Shown here: positions 38,412 to 52,493 of the stretch, in pieces
Layout of the letters: every line of letters begins with the position of its first letter
How positions within the stretch are numbered: position 1 is the stretch's first letter
Source of the DNA: Eremomyces bilateralis CBS 781.70
Lineage: Eukaryota
Assembly: GCA_010015585.1 (NCBI GenBank)
Contig: ML975150.1
DNA: 64,000 nt
Strand: one strand, 5' to 3'
Notes under the pieces: model-generated
Seen by the model: only the letters and a program-made list of their open reading frames with translations
The model's database searches: none
Told to the model about the DNA's origin: nothing
Translations under genes and position numbers: made by a program

Positions 38412-40723
38412 TTCGGTGAGTTTATTTGGGGATGGTTAGGAGGCGGGGGCGAGACACCCAGAAGCGATCCCGTCGTGGATCTGGATGTGTTTCGTTTCGA
38501 CGCCGCCAACCGTGGACTAGACGTTCGAGGGGTTGGAACTCGATGCGGGCGACGGGGGTGCGCGGAGCAGCAGAGAGCGGTGCGCTGATCTAGATCGGTT
38601 TCGCGTGGTTGGAAACCTTATTTGACGGCAGAATCCACGTCTCTGAATATCGCAAACCTCAACAATAAAACAATGTCTACCTTCGAGAGAGACGACGATG
38701 TCCGAGAGTGGTGAGAGTTCGGTAGTCAGTCAGTTAATCAGTCGGTCAAAGCGGAGGTCCGTCAGGTGGGTGCAACGGAGAAACCAAGAGGGCCGCCCGT
38801 CATACTTAAAAGGCATCCCATGTCCATAAGCATTCAATGGCGATCCAGGGAACTGGGCCATCCGGCCGCCCATACCTCCTCGACCTTGTCCGAACAGGGC
38901 ATTGGAGATACATGGGATTACAGATGTTAATGTGGGACGGGACGGTGGCATTGGAGCGGTTTCGCGAGACAATTGGTCGGTTCGTCACATCACCAGCCAA
39001 GCAAGCGGCGGAACAGTCGTGATGGTGCACATCGCTGTCTGTCGGGGCCGCATATCCCGATCCCTCAGCGCCAATGAGTATTGTCCGTTGCGATGGGAGT
39101 TCTTCATTATTGTCTTGGTATCGGTACAGAAAGAGATTGTTGACATTTCACCTATTGTCCTCCTTTACCTCCTATTGTCTACTACGGACAGTCCATCCCC
39201 TTCAGGCCCACAGGTTCCTCGGCTCTATTTTAATTTTTTGATTTCCGACTTTGATATCATCGACAATGCGAACACATAGCGAAAAAGTCTTCTCTTCCAA
39301 AGCCCCCGACCATTGCACGACCTGCATCGACGCGTCCAATCAGCGATTGCAGCCCCTAAGCGCCGACGCTGTTCAACGTGCAGGGAGATGCTCGCCATGG
39401 GAACCGCCGTGGATGGACGCCGACCAAGATGGGCATCCCCGCTCGACCCGCTCACAATCTAAAGTCCTAATATTCCTTAGAAAATCGCGAACTGGACAAA
39501 CCACCGTGAGTGATCTCTGAAGGAGTGTCATTTTGAAGGAAAGCGATGGAAGCCACGAAATGTCCCGACCGGCATCTCGATCGGGTGTTGCGACTCCTGG
39601 GGGTGATCCGTCGTTGTGGCATGGCGGCACAGCGGAGGTAGGGGCCGGCATTATGGTTGAGCTATTGCTCGATGCGCAACAGAAGCGGGTGGAAGACTTT
39701 TCTCGACATCCAGATTATCTCGGAAGAGGGCAAAGCAGCTACTGTTTAGGAGCTGCTGTAACACGGTGCTACCTTGGGACCGCTTGAGATATTGTAGCTT
39801 GCCGATGGACGATAGTCCCATCGACCACCTGCTCGCATAATTAAGTCTCGAACCGATGACCCAATCATCTCAGCTCGCCAATGCCCGCGATGTGCCATTA
39901 AGCTCTTCCTTGCATGGGCCGCCAATCCTCGAGCTCGGGACTGTGATAGTTAAGGAACGGCTCAATGTGGTTTGTCTATTCGGTGCCGACCTCAAGCATC
40001 AGGCTGCATGCCACCAAAGAGGAAATACCGCTGTCAAGTGATGTCTGCGGGATATACGGAAACGTCTTCCCCCATGCTGAGAAGTGACGTGAGCATCGGT
40101 AGATACATCTAGCGGGGCCCTCCGGATCGCTAAATACCAGCGCTTATGGAACGGCATGTTGCATTCCACGCTCTTCCGTTGCACAGAAGGGGATATCGGA
40201 ACCCCAATCCGCGCAGACCAGGCCGCCTTTGGGGCCTCGCTGAGCGTCCTGTTTGCCGCTTGGCTGGACGGCGGTTCACGTCGTCACACATCAAGGGCAT
40301 GTGGAAGCGACCGAAATTTCCACGCGTCTCGTGGCACAGGAGGTGTTCATGCAGTTACGGAGTGGATCATGGATGGAAGGAGGGACTCGCCCTCCGATGT
40401 TGCAGATAGCAGGAATCGAAGCCATCAAGTAGCGAGTGATATTGCCCCCTTTCTATGCCGTGAGCGGCCCGAAGGGAGGCCAATCGACGGTCTTTGTAGG
40501 AAGTAGGTTCTACGCGCATTATCAATATAGATAGACTCAATTCGGACTATTCGCTCTCTCCAAGCGCCTATGCTGTGATGAAAGCTATATCAAGCAGCCT
40601 AGCAAGTAATACTCCAGTTTCCCATGCCATCATCGAACAACTGCTGTCTCATTCAAGGCACGCATCGTCTCAAATCCCAAGCCGGATGCAAGATATCAAT
40701 ATGCATCTACGACCCTTCGGCCT

Positions 40724-43455
40724 TCACCGCACCACATCCCTCAACCGCTCTAACCTTCCCCCCGTCGCCTCCACCAAAGATTCCTGCCTCGCCAACATCT
40801 CCATCACCTGCCCCATCCTCGCCTTCCGATACCCCGTCGGCACCTTCGGCGCCCCACCGCCCGTCCCCTCCACCCCCTTTTTCCCCTCCCCCACCCTCAC
40901 GACCGCCTCCACCCGCCCCCGCAACTCCTCCTTCAACCCCGCCACCTCCTTTACCCTCCCCACCACCGACTTCCCCTTCTTCCCCCCCTCCACCTCACCC
41001 CCCTCTATCGCCCCCGCAACCTGGTACACCTCCCGCACCCACGCTTTCTCCTTCTCACTCAACTCCAAGCCCCCCAACCGCGCCAACTTCTGTTTCAACC
41101 GCTCATGCTGCGCCACCAGCTCCCGCTGCCGCTCCGTCGTGCGCGCGAACTTCTCCCGCAATTTCTCATCCGCGAGCAGCGCCTCCCCCGCCTCGTCCGT
41201 CTGGAAATCGTCGTCGTCCTCCCCCGTCACCGCGTCGATTTTCCGCACCAGCTCCTTCGTTTTCTGCAGCTGGTCACGGAACTCCCCGAGCAGGCGCTCG
41301 CATCGCGTAAACAGGTCCGACACCGCGTCGTTGATCCCGATCGTCTCCTCGGCGAGGTAGCGGTGGATGTCGGTCATGATCGCGAGCGTTTCGGGGCCGA
41401 GGCGCACTTCGTTCTCATAGCGTCGTCGGTGACGTTGTGGGATGACATTCTCGACGAAGGAAAGTAGGCCGGGGTCCTCGACTAGTCGGTCGGATGGCAT
41501 GAAGGGATGTCGGGGTTCCGCAAGGACTAGGGCGCCGAGGTTCAGGTCTTCGATGTCGTAGCCACTGGCGTTGGCGACGTCCGTTTCGAGGATGTCGCTA
41601 GGGATGTCTAGGTTCGCGGCGAATGGTTGCCCGTTGGCCGCAGTGAGGAGGAAGTATCCAATCTCCGAGTCACTGAGTGTGATGCAGGCGGAGATATTAG
41701 TGCGTGCAACGGCTTCGGGGAATGGCAGCACGTGGTCGACGATCGATTTGGCCCGTTGAAACCACTGTTCGAGGCGCAAAGAGAGGCGTTCTGACAATGG
41801 GTCCTCGATCTCGTCGATGAATGTATCTACGGTAGAAGATAGAGATAGGGAGTAAACTCCGTTGAGGTCGGTGACAAAGTAGGTAAATGGCGAGAAAGGG
41901 TCTGGAGAGAACGACGCCTTGAACAGATGCTCGGTGTCGTGGAGGGTGATGACTTCGAAGTTCAGCAAAGCATCTGCATCTGGTTCATCGTCGGAATCAT
42001 TTGCTTCCTATGATATATTAGTTATGACTTATAACAGCTTTCAGGATACGTACCGAAGTAAAAGGCAGCCAAGCTGCGGTGACTCCAGTGAGATTGAGGC
42101 AATTGTACACCTTGCCATCGGTGGTGAGAAGAGATAGGATGTTCGACGAGAGGCACTGTACTTCCTCCTCTGCAGCGCTGGCATAGAGGCTATCATGGAG
42201 GTCTAGATCACGCGGTTTCGTGAGTGCCGTGACTACAAGGTCAGACACTTCGCAATCTCCCATGATATCCGGCTCGGGGATGAATGGGCCTTGGAGCTTC
42301 GGAATCGGGCCAGGTTGTACGGGTCGGTAGAAAACTTCCGCCGATGGATAACCAGGCCTTCCGCTGACCTTGATCGGTTCCTGGCCCTCAAGCTCCGTGA
42401 ACCACTGATGCAAGAGATCCAGCTGGAGGTTTTCTTCCTTTTTCGAATCGTTCGGTGACATCTCCGCACTGACGTACGTGCTAACCGCTTTGAAGAAGCC
42501 GGGTGGTGCTTCCCATTTGGTCGGCAAACACGGGCAGAGTGAGTACACGCATCCATTCGCCATTGCGATCCACAACGTCGTGGCGGACCAGGCATGTCCA
42601 AATGATGGGTCCGATGTGCCAAAGCACGTCGAGGCGACCTTCATATCCACATCGTCCGGGGAGAACCCAGTGTTCGCATTATTTACTGATGCTCGCATCG
42701 CATCCTCCGACGTCGACGCATCGATAAGAGCGGGGAGGTTGATGGTGAGGCTGGGGGTATCGAAGGACCATCTGTCTTCCCGGCTGACCTCCCATAGCCG
42801 GACGACGGCGTCGACGGTGACTGTCACGATACAGCAGCCCATGTGTCCAAGTGGGTGCCATAGGAGCGATGCAACTGCAGGCTTCTCGATGACATGGATT
42901 GTGGGACCGAGTTGGAAAGTCTTGAGTCGGTATGGTCCGCGGTCGCTTTTCTGCAACTGGGAGGTCTCCGGGATGGTCGCGATGTGGACTGTTGCCGCTG
43001 TAACCATGGCCAGATAGTCTTGGTTCGGTGAGATTATCAGTTGGAGAATCTCGCCGTCGAAGTTTGGCTTGAGGATCTGTATTGCTCAACATCAGCGGGA
43101 TAATTCAACCCATTTCTGTAATAGTAATGCTCACGGTATAAGAGTAGTCCTCCTCATCGTCCTCATCGTCATCCGAAACCGAGTGACCACGCGGTCGAGA
43201 CAATCGTCTCCTCGCCTTCGCCTGGTGTTCATCCTTCAGTCTCTGGAGATCCGTCCATCTAACCTCGTTTCCCACCGCGACGAAGATCTGCGTTCCTCGA
43301 TAGGCTACCTTCTTCAGTGGAACAGCAGCAGCTCCGGCCTTCTTCGTGCCATTCGATGGTCTCGCCGGGCTCCGTGGCGCGGTATTCGCAAATATATTTG
43401 CGTCGGGGGAGAGGCGTGAGAGCCAGGAAGGCGTGTAGTTGAGGACGCGCACCAT
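40724..43455 (-). CDS. NUP82: Nucleoporin Nup82
   Basis: MVRVLNYTPSWLSR; IFVAVGNEVRW; beta-propeller LWHPLG..VTVTVDAVVRLWE; C-terminal coiled coil with LSEKEKAW. Introns 43077..43134 and 42008..42053. Confidence 0.88.
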
Positions 43456-43793
43456 GTTTCGGAGATCTAAAACTAGGTTTCTTCGTTCTCCAGTTCCCAG
43501 ATGGGATTTATAACATGAGAAACTGGAGAGTGGGATTATATTATCAACACCCAAGTGATCTTTAGTCCTTCATCAACACCGTCTTAGACAACGTGAATCT
43601 GCAATTCACCGCGTTCGGAGCTTGGACCAATCAGAGCTCATCCCTGCAACTTCCATTCACTCATTCAAGACAATTCATGACAAGTGAAGATACAGATATT
43701 CTGGTGACTTTCTTGCGACTTTCCCTGCTCAATCTCAAAGCTGCATTCTCCCGATCATCTGCTTCGCCGGCACACCATCCGTGAGATGACAAG

Positions 43794-44528
43794 ATGCTTC
43801 CACGGGATAGGCACACGATCGATCGGCTAGACAAGCCCAGCTCATACACCACCAACAAGGTTCGCACAGCTGTGTATCCATGCATCTTCTCGACTAACAT
43901 CACTTCAGAGTAGAAAGCGAAAGCACCGCGACCGTGAAGGTGATGAGCCCAAGGACAGGCCGTCCGAGCTTGAGGACAAACTCCGCGATGCGACGACACT
44001 CTACGTAGGGAATCTGTAAGAGCCACTCATTCACATTGGTTCAGAGCATCCCTCTAACGCGTTATCAGGTCATTCTATACAACAGAGGAGCAGATCCACG
44101 AGCTCTTCGCAAAGTGAGTTGCACCAAGGTTCTCCTAGCTTGTAGATGAATGACTGACCACTGGCCCTGTACAGATGCGGTGAGATCAAGCGGCTGGTTA
44201 TGGGCCTCGATCGATTCCAGAAGACGCCGTGCGGGTTCTGCTTCGTCGAATACTACAACCACCAAGACGCATTAGACTGCATGAAGTACATCGGCGGGAC
44301 GAAGCTCGATGAACGCATCATCAGAACGGATCTCGACGAAGGCTTCGTAGAAGGGCGACAGTACGGGTACGATTGGCTAGTATCACGAGCAGTGAGGCAT
44401 CGCTAATGGATCGCAGGCGTGGAAAGTCGGGTGGACAGGTCCGAGATGAATACCGAGAGGAATATGATCCAGGACGCGGGGGCTACGGCAGGGCAATCTC
44501 GGACACGATGCAAGAGGGGTACAAGTGA
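43794..44528 (+). CDS. CBC2: Nuclear cap-binding complex small subunit (CBP20)
   Basis: [58 protein letters not shown]. Four introns, the first at 43860..43908. Confidence 0.95.
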
Positions 44529-44752
44529 GGAGGACGGCTGCTACCTCGTTCAAACAAGGCGTTACGGATCATATCAGGCATCTAGGCGAGCTCGGGGCTC
44601 GCAACGGGAGTTTATACCGGGTTTAATTCCTCTTTCGTCGCTTGCGGGTGTCGCTTATGGCTGTAAATCATGGAAACCCTCTTTTTCAAACCGAATCGCG
44701 CTGGGGTGGAGCTCGAACAAACTAAATACATTCGACTTTCGCCTCCTCAATC

Positions 44753-46003
44753 TCATCCCATGAGTTTCGAGATCTTCCTCTGGAAGGCAAGGTTGAGCTG
44801 CCCCGTAATCGTGTCGGGAACGAACGTCAAGAGCTGGCTCGCATAGAAGCCTGCAACGCACCGCTCCTGGTTCATAAACCACGACAAATTCCCAGCGCCG
44901 CCCCAGAACAGTGTTCCCTTCTTCAACCCGACCTCCGCCGCATCCTGCGTGAGATATACCCCCCCAAAGCCCAAAATTCATGTCATCAGGCGGAGGTCCG
45001 GTAGCGCCCATCTGCCCTGAGAAAGCTGGGTAGAACGCCTGTAAATACCGCACTGCGATCCCTTCGCCGGAAGCTGTGGCTGTAACATTATGTCAACCGT
45101 TTCCTTCTTCAACAGCGTCGGCTCCTCTTGCATTAAATCCACCAGCATCGCCTTGTAATCGCCGACCGTCGAGTAGAGGCCCGCTCCCCCCAGCTCCTCC
45201 GCGACCTTTCCTGGCAAAATCTGCTGCGTCGGAATGACCGTGCCGTCCGGGTCCCGCGTGCTCATCGATACTAGGCGCTTCTTCACATTGTCCCACACGT
45301 CCAGATGGAACGTGGTCGATGTCATGCCCAGCGGTTCGAAAATATGCGTCTGTATATATTCTTCGAGGGTGATCTTGTTTAATCGTGCCACAAGCCACCC
45401 GGCCCAGTCCAAACTAGTCCCGTAGGACTACTTTCCCCAGGCTCCTGGAGTAGGGAGTAGAGAAGTGTCTCTTTCGAGCCTCCGGCGAAGCACGTAGGTA
45501 GCTCACCCCGGGATGCTCGCCACATCCTCAGGTTAGGGTTCATGGCATCGTAGTCTAGCCCACTCGTGTGCGTCAAGAAGTGCCGGAGAGTGATCGGGTT
45601 GGTTCGAGGCCGGAAGAGAAACTGGTTGTCGACCGTATCTGGCCCCTGGTTGGGGCTCATGACTTCCAATGTCACCAGCTCAGGGAGTAAGTTCATCACT
45701 TCATCATCGAGGGCGATTTGTCCTCGTTCTACGCATTGCAACGCGGCGATCGTTATCACTAACTTGGTGCAGGACGCAAGACTGAAGGTATTTTCGAAGG
45801 ATATATCAGCTGCTGAAGGGTCCGGGGAGACATATCCGGAGGCCTTGGAGTACAATGATTTGCCTGCGCTCTCTCTCAGTGGGTACAGTCTTAAGCAGGC
45901 TAACCTACCTACCATCTTTCGTTACGGCAGATAGGACCACACCTGGGACGACGTTGGCCCCTTTTGCTGTGAGCTTTGGTAATAGACTGTCCAAATCTTC
46001 CAT
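44753..46003 (-). pseudogene. Beta-lactamase-family / LovD-like transesterase pseudogene
   Basis: ASCTK (SxxK), LRHFLTHTSG, YGTSLDWAG, GGAGL and WGGAGNLSWF are present but spread over different frames. Frameshifts near 45431, 45057 and 44967, plus TAG where Trp is expected at about 45428-45430. Confidence 0.85.
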
Positions 46004-46903
46004 AATTCTCTTGAAAGAGTTGACTAGGATCTTTGAAAGCTGTAGAGGGTCGAATGAAACGAAACACTTGATCCTCAACTACTAGAAAGGAACTCGCTTG
46101 AACTACTCAAATGTATACTGACTTGAATCGATTTAAACAAGAAACATGGCCTCGAAACCTCAGAGAATTTATACGTGGACAATTGGCAAATCGTACTATA
46201 TCACCCGATGATCCGATCTGATATTTCTTCATGTACAGGAGTCCTACCTACTGGGGTCGATTTGTATAGTACTTCCATTATTCCATATCATAGTTGCAAA
46301 CAAGCTTGGTTGCATGGCAGTCCTTTCTGAATTCGAGTTGTGAAGAATCGAATGATCCACGACCGATAAGCCATCCCAGCGTCGTTGAGGCGCATTGAAA
46401 TGAGGTGGAAAGATGGTAATGAAGAAGCGAGATAAACTACAGCAACGCGTATTATGATTTATGGCGCTCGTCACCAGACTAGCCGTTTCCAGCGTCGTGG
46501 CACCACTTGAAGACATCGCCCTAAGGTACCAAATTTAACCAACTTCATAGCAATGAGCTTCAAGCCATACGGAGATCAAGAGCAAGGAAGAAAACATTTT
46601 TTACGGCACATATGGAAATGCAACTTGTTCTACTTCCAAGCAAATCGAACTCAGGTATAATCAAAACAGAAGCGATGTCTCGATCCGAGGATTCACAAAT
46701 TCGGACGCCGAAACTGCGATGAAGCTGCGGGACCACCGCCGGGACCGCGCACATTTCTTGATTACGGATACCTGTTTTAATTGGCCTCAATTGCGTCGCG
46801 TCGTCACCACCACGCAAGCCCATCCTAACCACATGTCATTGCGGTGACAGATTGGGTAACCGCAAAGAAGCCATTGTCCCGGTGAGACATACAATCGGCC
46901 ACC

Positions 46904-48013
46904 ATGTCCACCCAACACCCATCGCAGCTCATATGCTGGCTCCTCGACGTCCGCTCTCTCTGGCCCGGCGACCACATCTCCTCTTCGGTAACCTCACTAC
47001 CCCACCCCCCGCAACCCCGCTAACCCCTCCAGGCCACCGCCGCCCTCTCCCTCCTCACCTCCGACGAGCGCGCCAAAACCCTCAGCAAACACTTCATCCA
47101 AGACGCGCGCATGGCACTCGGCTCCGCGCTGCTGAAGCGGCTGTTCACCGCACGGTATCTCGGGTCCGGGGGGCCGTGGGCGGCGATGGAGTTTCCGAGG
47201 CGGGGGGATCCGGTGCATGGCAAGCCGGCCGTGAGGGAGGAGTGGGCGGGGAGGGGGCGGTGGGTGGATTTTAATGTGAGTCATCAGGCAGGGCTGGTGG
47301 CGTTGGTGGGGGTGGTGGAGGAGCTGGAAGATGGGGGGAGGGCACGCGAGGGTGGGAAGAGGGGGACGGAGGTGGGTGTGGATATCACTTGTGTGAACGA
47401 GCGGAATGACTGCCGCACGATTGACCGGGAGCGCTTCGACGGCTGGGTGGACACGTTCTCCGAGTTCTTCTCCGCGGATGAATGCTGGGACATGAAATAC
47501 AACATCGACCCGTCTGGCCTCCCCCTCCCCGACGGCACGGTTCTCTCTGCCAAAGAGATCGAGTCCACGCCCGGGCGTCCCGACCGGTGCCTTGTCAAAG
47601 ACCAAACCTTTTCCGTCCGACGCGCCGACGGCTCCAACGTCGCCCTGAGCTCCGACCTGATCGTCGACGCGAAGCTCCGCCGCTTCTACGCATTCTACTG
47701 CTACAAGGAGGCATACATCAAGATGTCCGGCGAGGGGATGATGGCGGACTGGCTGCAGGATCTCGAGTTTCGGAACGTGAAGAGTCCGAAGCCGGGAACC
47801 GTCGCGGGGGTCTGGGGGGGGAGTATGAGCGATGCGGAGGCGTATCTAAACGGGGTGGAGCAGACGGATGTGGCGTTGGAGATTCGGGGGCGGGAGGAGG
47901 ACTTTATGATTGGGGTGGCTGTGAGGCCCGGAGAGGGGTTCAGGGGCAGGATCCCGATGTTTGAGCGGATTGATTTGGAGAAGGATATTATGGCGGCCGC
48001 GGAAGGGCGGTGA
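46904..48013 (+). CDS. npgA: Sfp-type 4'-phosphopantetheinyl transferase (NpgA/Ppt1/Lys5 family)
   Basis: WLLDVR.LWP, DARMALGSALLKR, GKP, FNVSHQAG, VGVDI, FYCYKEAYIKMSGEG. Intron 46988..47032. Confidence 0.92.
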
Positions 48014-49151
48014 TACAAGCGGGTATGATACCACGCTTGATATGCGGCATACGCATAGGCGTACCCCATACGGATAGCACCGCTACAATTGACACTGATA
48101 TGGTCGATTTGGCTTTCATGCTGTGTCTGGAAGAGCAGTGCTCCATTCCGCACTAGAGTAAAAAGGATCGTTTCTTGATCTTCTAATCATCACGATTGGC
48201 TACTCTTCCAATATCCCCCTTAATTGTACCCTGTGTACTTCGTCTCAATCTCCTTAACAATTCTACTTACTATTGAGCATAGATCGACAAGTCCTAGCTT
48301 AATTCGGTTAGCGCAATGCAAACTCCACCACCGAAAATAGCCCAATTCCACAAGTGACGTCGAATTCCCTCATCCTTCAACTATTTCTCCACGTCAGACG
48401 CCCTGAATCAGGTTGCCTGAAGAATGGAATGAACCCCCCAAAGCTTGCCAACGCTGCATCTCTGCCGTGCCAGCCGAATTCACCAGTCCCTAGCGTCGGA
48501 TGAAAATATCCTAGCGTTCCGATGGTACCCCAAGATCGCGCTGGTAGCGAGAGAGACGTGAGTCTGGGACTTGCGCGGTCAAGTTCCCAGAAAGTCGGCG
48601 ACCCGGCTGGCCAGATCGCTCCCCGACTCCGACACCTGACGCGTCCCGAAAGGAGCCAATTCCTGCGAATACGGACGGGTCGCACCTGATGGGCAACGAT
48701 CGATCTGCCGTGCCTCCCATAGGTCTGCTCGTGCTCTCAACGGCCGCTGCTGATATGGCGGCTCGAGGTACGAACAGTGCGGGTTCCATGGGTAGGGTAT
48801 GTGCCAGGAAGGGCAAATTGGGTAAGATGGGGTTACATGAGTGGTATTGGAGTGATGTCTGTATGCTTAAAAGAGTCGAATAAAGGGGGCAGTGGTCCTG
48901 CATGCGGTGGCAAGCTGGAAGGGCCAGACCAAAATATTGGCTCCACATTGTTGATCATCGCTCGGTACCAGACGATTTGTACCGATCGAGCTGGTAGAAA
49001 TACAACTGCATATCCTTTGAACTTTCGATTTCCTATTCTCTATTATCCATTTCCATCATATACCTTATAATATAATATATTTCCATTTCCATACTTCAAA
49101 TCCTTCCGAGTCAATCGCTTGATCCCCGTCTACCTACTAGTCATCAACACT

Positions 49152-50133
49152 ATGCGCCTCCCCGCCCTCACCACCACCGCCCTCCTCGCCCTCTCCCACC
49201 TCTCCCTCGCCGAAGCCTACTGGAAAGGCTTCAACGTCGGCGCCAACAACCCCGACGGCACCTGCAAAACCCGCGACGACTGGGCCCACGCCTTCACCCA
49301 GCTCGCCAGCCTGCCCGGGCACTTCACCACCGTCCGCACCTTCGCGACCTCCGACTGCGACACGCTCGCGAACGCGGTGCCCGCCGCCCTCGACACGGGG
49401 ACGCAGCTGCTCGTCGGTGTGTGGACGCAGGACGACGCGCATTTCGAGCGGGAGAAGGTGGCGTTGGAGGCGGCGATCAGGGAGTTTGGAGATGAGTGGA
49501 TCGTGGCGATTATGGTGGGGAATGAGGATCTGTATCGCGGGGAGGTAACAGCGGAGGTACTGGCGGGGAAGATTTATGATGTGAGGGGAATGGTGAGGGC
49601 GTTGGGGGTGGAGAAGGAAGTGGGGCATGCGGATACATGGACGGCGTGAGTTTTCTGAGAGGTTAATATGATAATGGATGGAGCTGACTTGCCGTAGGTG
49701 GGTGGACGGCGCGAATGAGGCAGTTATTCAAGCTTCGGACTTCGTGGCCCATCAAGGCTATCCATACTGGCAGGGCGCGGATATCGCGAACAGCGCGAGC
49801 GTCTACTGGGCCAGCGTGCAAGCGACTCGCGACGTCGTCAACGCCGTGAAGGTATGTCCCTCCTCCTAGCCATAATTCGAGGATTTCTGCTAACTTCCCT
49901 TCCAGCCCGGCACATGGGTCTGGATGACCGAGACCGGATGGCCGGTTACCGGCGATGACTTCGGAGCGGCGCAAGCGAGTGTGTGGAATGCGCAGGAGTA
50001 CTGGAAGCAGGTAGCATGCGAGGCGTTCAACGAGGGCCACACGTTCTGGTATGCGTATCAGGACTACACGTCGACGCCCAGCTTCGGTGTGATCGGACAA
50101 GATGGAAACCCGCTATATGATCTCACGTGCTAG
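49152..50133 (+). CDS. Secreted GH17 beta-1,3-glucanase/glucanosyltransferase
   Basis: Signal peptide; GFNVGA...CKT; VGNEDLYR (acid/base Glu); YPYWQG; TETGWP (nucleophile Glu). Introns 49646..49697 and 49852..49905. No GPI tail. Confidence 0.92.
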
Positions 50134-52493
50134 ATGGGTAGATAGATATGACGACATAGGGTGGACAAGATAGAGTAAGATAGGGAGAGGATCTGGACTT
50201 GGGGGCCTGGAACTGAAATCACTGAAATATAATGTAAAATCGAACATCATATGACCCCCTCTTGCCTGTCCAAGCTCCGGAAGTCCGGATTGATGAACAT
50301 ACCCCAAGCCGAACGGATCAGACACTAAAATCTTGATTCCTGACCCATTTGTACTAAGAAGGCCGCGCGGATAGACGATCAGCCGTGCGGCTCAATGACT
50401 ACTGTAGATAAATCATCAAATCCTCCGGAAACGCGGGATGGACGGAACGATCCTAGATGAACATCCCAGCACCCAGGTTGTTGGGCAGACTCGGTTTGCG
50501 TCACACGAGGAGTGGTGCATAACAAACTGGCCACATGACCATAGGCCATAGATTAATGAAATTCGGTAGTGAGCTTAATCGGCAGAGAACTGCTGTCGGC
50601 GTCCATATCGAGCGATAGAATGCAAGTCTCGCCAAGGTCATCATTGCGAGCGTATGAGGCCTTGCCTCACGATCCACAACATTGAGGGGATGGTTCAGAC
50701 GGTATGACAGGATGTCAGAAAGCTCATAAAACGGTCCCTGAGCAACATGAACACCCGATAAGGCTCCGAAGGATCAATAAAAAGGAAACGCAGATACGAG
50801 ATACCCCTCGAAGGGCTCAACAGGCAATGCTTGACGGTTGGGCACCCTTGCTTCTCGAAGGCACGAAGAACAACCCAAACGAGCCATCTAGAGATTGTAG
50901 TCCGAATTTCGATAGATACGATAACTAGCGCCGACCTCAAAGCTTGAATTCTGCACCTATCTCCTCGAATCATGATTCGTAGCTTCGCGAGCAAAGGGCC
51001 ATCCCCTTCCCGGTGGCCGGTAGTCGATCCGCGCTGCTCGGATATCGGCATGCCAATCCCAGGTCACGAGGTGACAACTTCACGAGCCGCGTCACCAATC
51101 TCACCATGGAGCCGATTGGGGAGGAATATTTCCGACGCTTCCGCAACTTAACCCATGATAAGTAAGGCTGGCATGGCGCCGTCGAGTTTCATCCTTGCGG
51201 ATCTTGAATTCTTGATGTCACACTGTCGAGGTTCGCGGTGACGGGATGTGGTGAAATGGACTGGGACTTGGGAGGGGACTAGAGGAGGGATTGGTGCGGA
51301 GAGGAGGAGACATTTGGCGAGGTCCGATGGGATAGAGATGTCATATCGCATCCATCTGATGATTCGGGATTGGATTGGCGATATTATGCATTCCTGTCTG
51401 TTGTTATTACTTCAATCAATTCCATGTTAGACAGCCAAGACATAGTGGTGGGATATTGGAGATTGGCATTTCTTGATATGCATGACGGTCGGTTGACGAC
51501 GTTCGGAGGTGAGCGGTGTGGGGAGGACTGAGGCCGCAAATAAGACCCACAATTCTGGTCAAGGCATGGTGTGATTGGTCCATGGGATGATTCAGCGAAA
51601 GCTTCACCGCTGCATGTGACCTGGGGATCATCCGAACTGCACGACACTTGGGACTCTCTGCGTCCCCGACTTCTTGACGTGCTAATAACTATTAACTAAC
51701 ACTAACTTACTGGTCCTTTGGGGTTTATTCCAGAATGGGACTTAGGGTAATAGGGCTGTCCCACCAGAACGGCATGCTGTTGTCCGGTCGGTTATCGAAT
51801 GACGAATTGGCACTTGACCTCATTGTTCTCCAATCTCCACCTTCCAATTGTCCCTCTGCAGTCTGCAGGACGGAGTCATGCTGCGTTACTAGACCGATTC
51901 ACCGCAGCGAATCACCCATCTGTTCCGGTCGTTCCAGACTGGAGGACCGAAAGCACATCGTGCCCAACCCTTACTGGCCAATTGGCCCCAGGGCTGGCGG
52001 AGGAACCACGTTGGCATTACCATTGCTCACTGACCGGAATGCTTGACCAATGGCTCGACCGGTGATAGACCGGCGATGAGCCGGGATTGTGTCCATTTGA
52101 GCCTCCAGTGGGGTCAAGCGTCGCCTCTAAATGATATGCCCCTCTAGTCCTTCAGTCCCTGTGAACGGGAATTCCGCATACCCTGAGTCCCTGACCCCAG
52201 TCTGGTGAAGCATCCGCGTCCCGCGACCTATTAGCGGAGTTATTCCTGGCATCATGTATGTGGGCCATCGAGAGTTCGGTCAGGATGAGGATGTGGAATC
52301 GAATAAGCAATTGAGAGTCCTGGTGGCTTGCAAATAAATACTGGAGGATCCCCTCCTACTGTGGTTTTATCTTTTCCCTCTTGATCTTGAATCAACTGTT
52401 CAACTGTCCGCCAAGTCACCCTCAATCAATCCAACCAGTCGAGCTTCCAGTGTCCACCACTGCCAGCTCCATATCCACATCGACTCACCACCA

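Noticed and set aside
44753..48013. LovD-like gene plus PPTase as a secondary-metabolite cluster
   Set aside because: There is no PKS/NRPS, transporter or cluster regulator in the window, the PPTase looks like the general housekeeping enzyme, and the LovD-like gene is broken.
50585..50950. IECKSRQGHHCERMRPCLT, resembling a Zn2Cys6 relic
   Set aside because: Only three suitably spaced Cys, with stops downstream; too weak to call.
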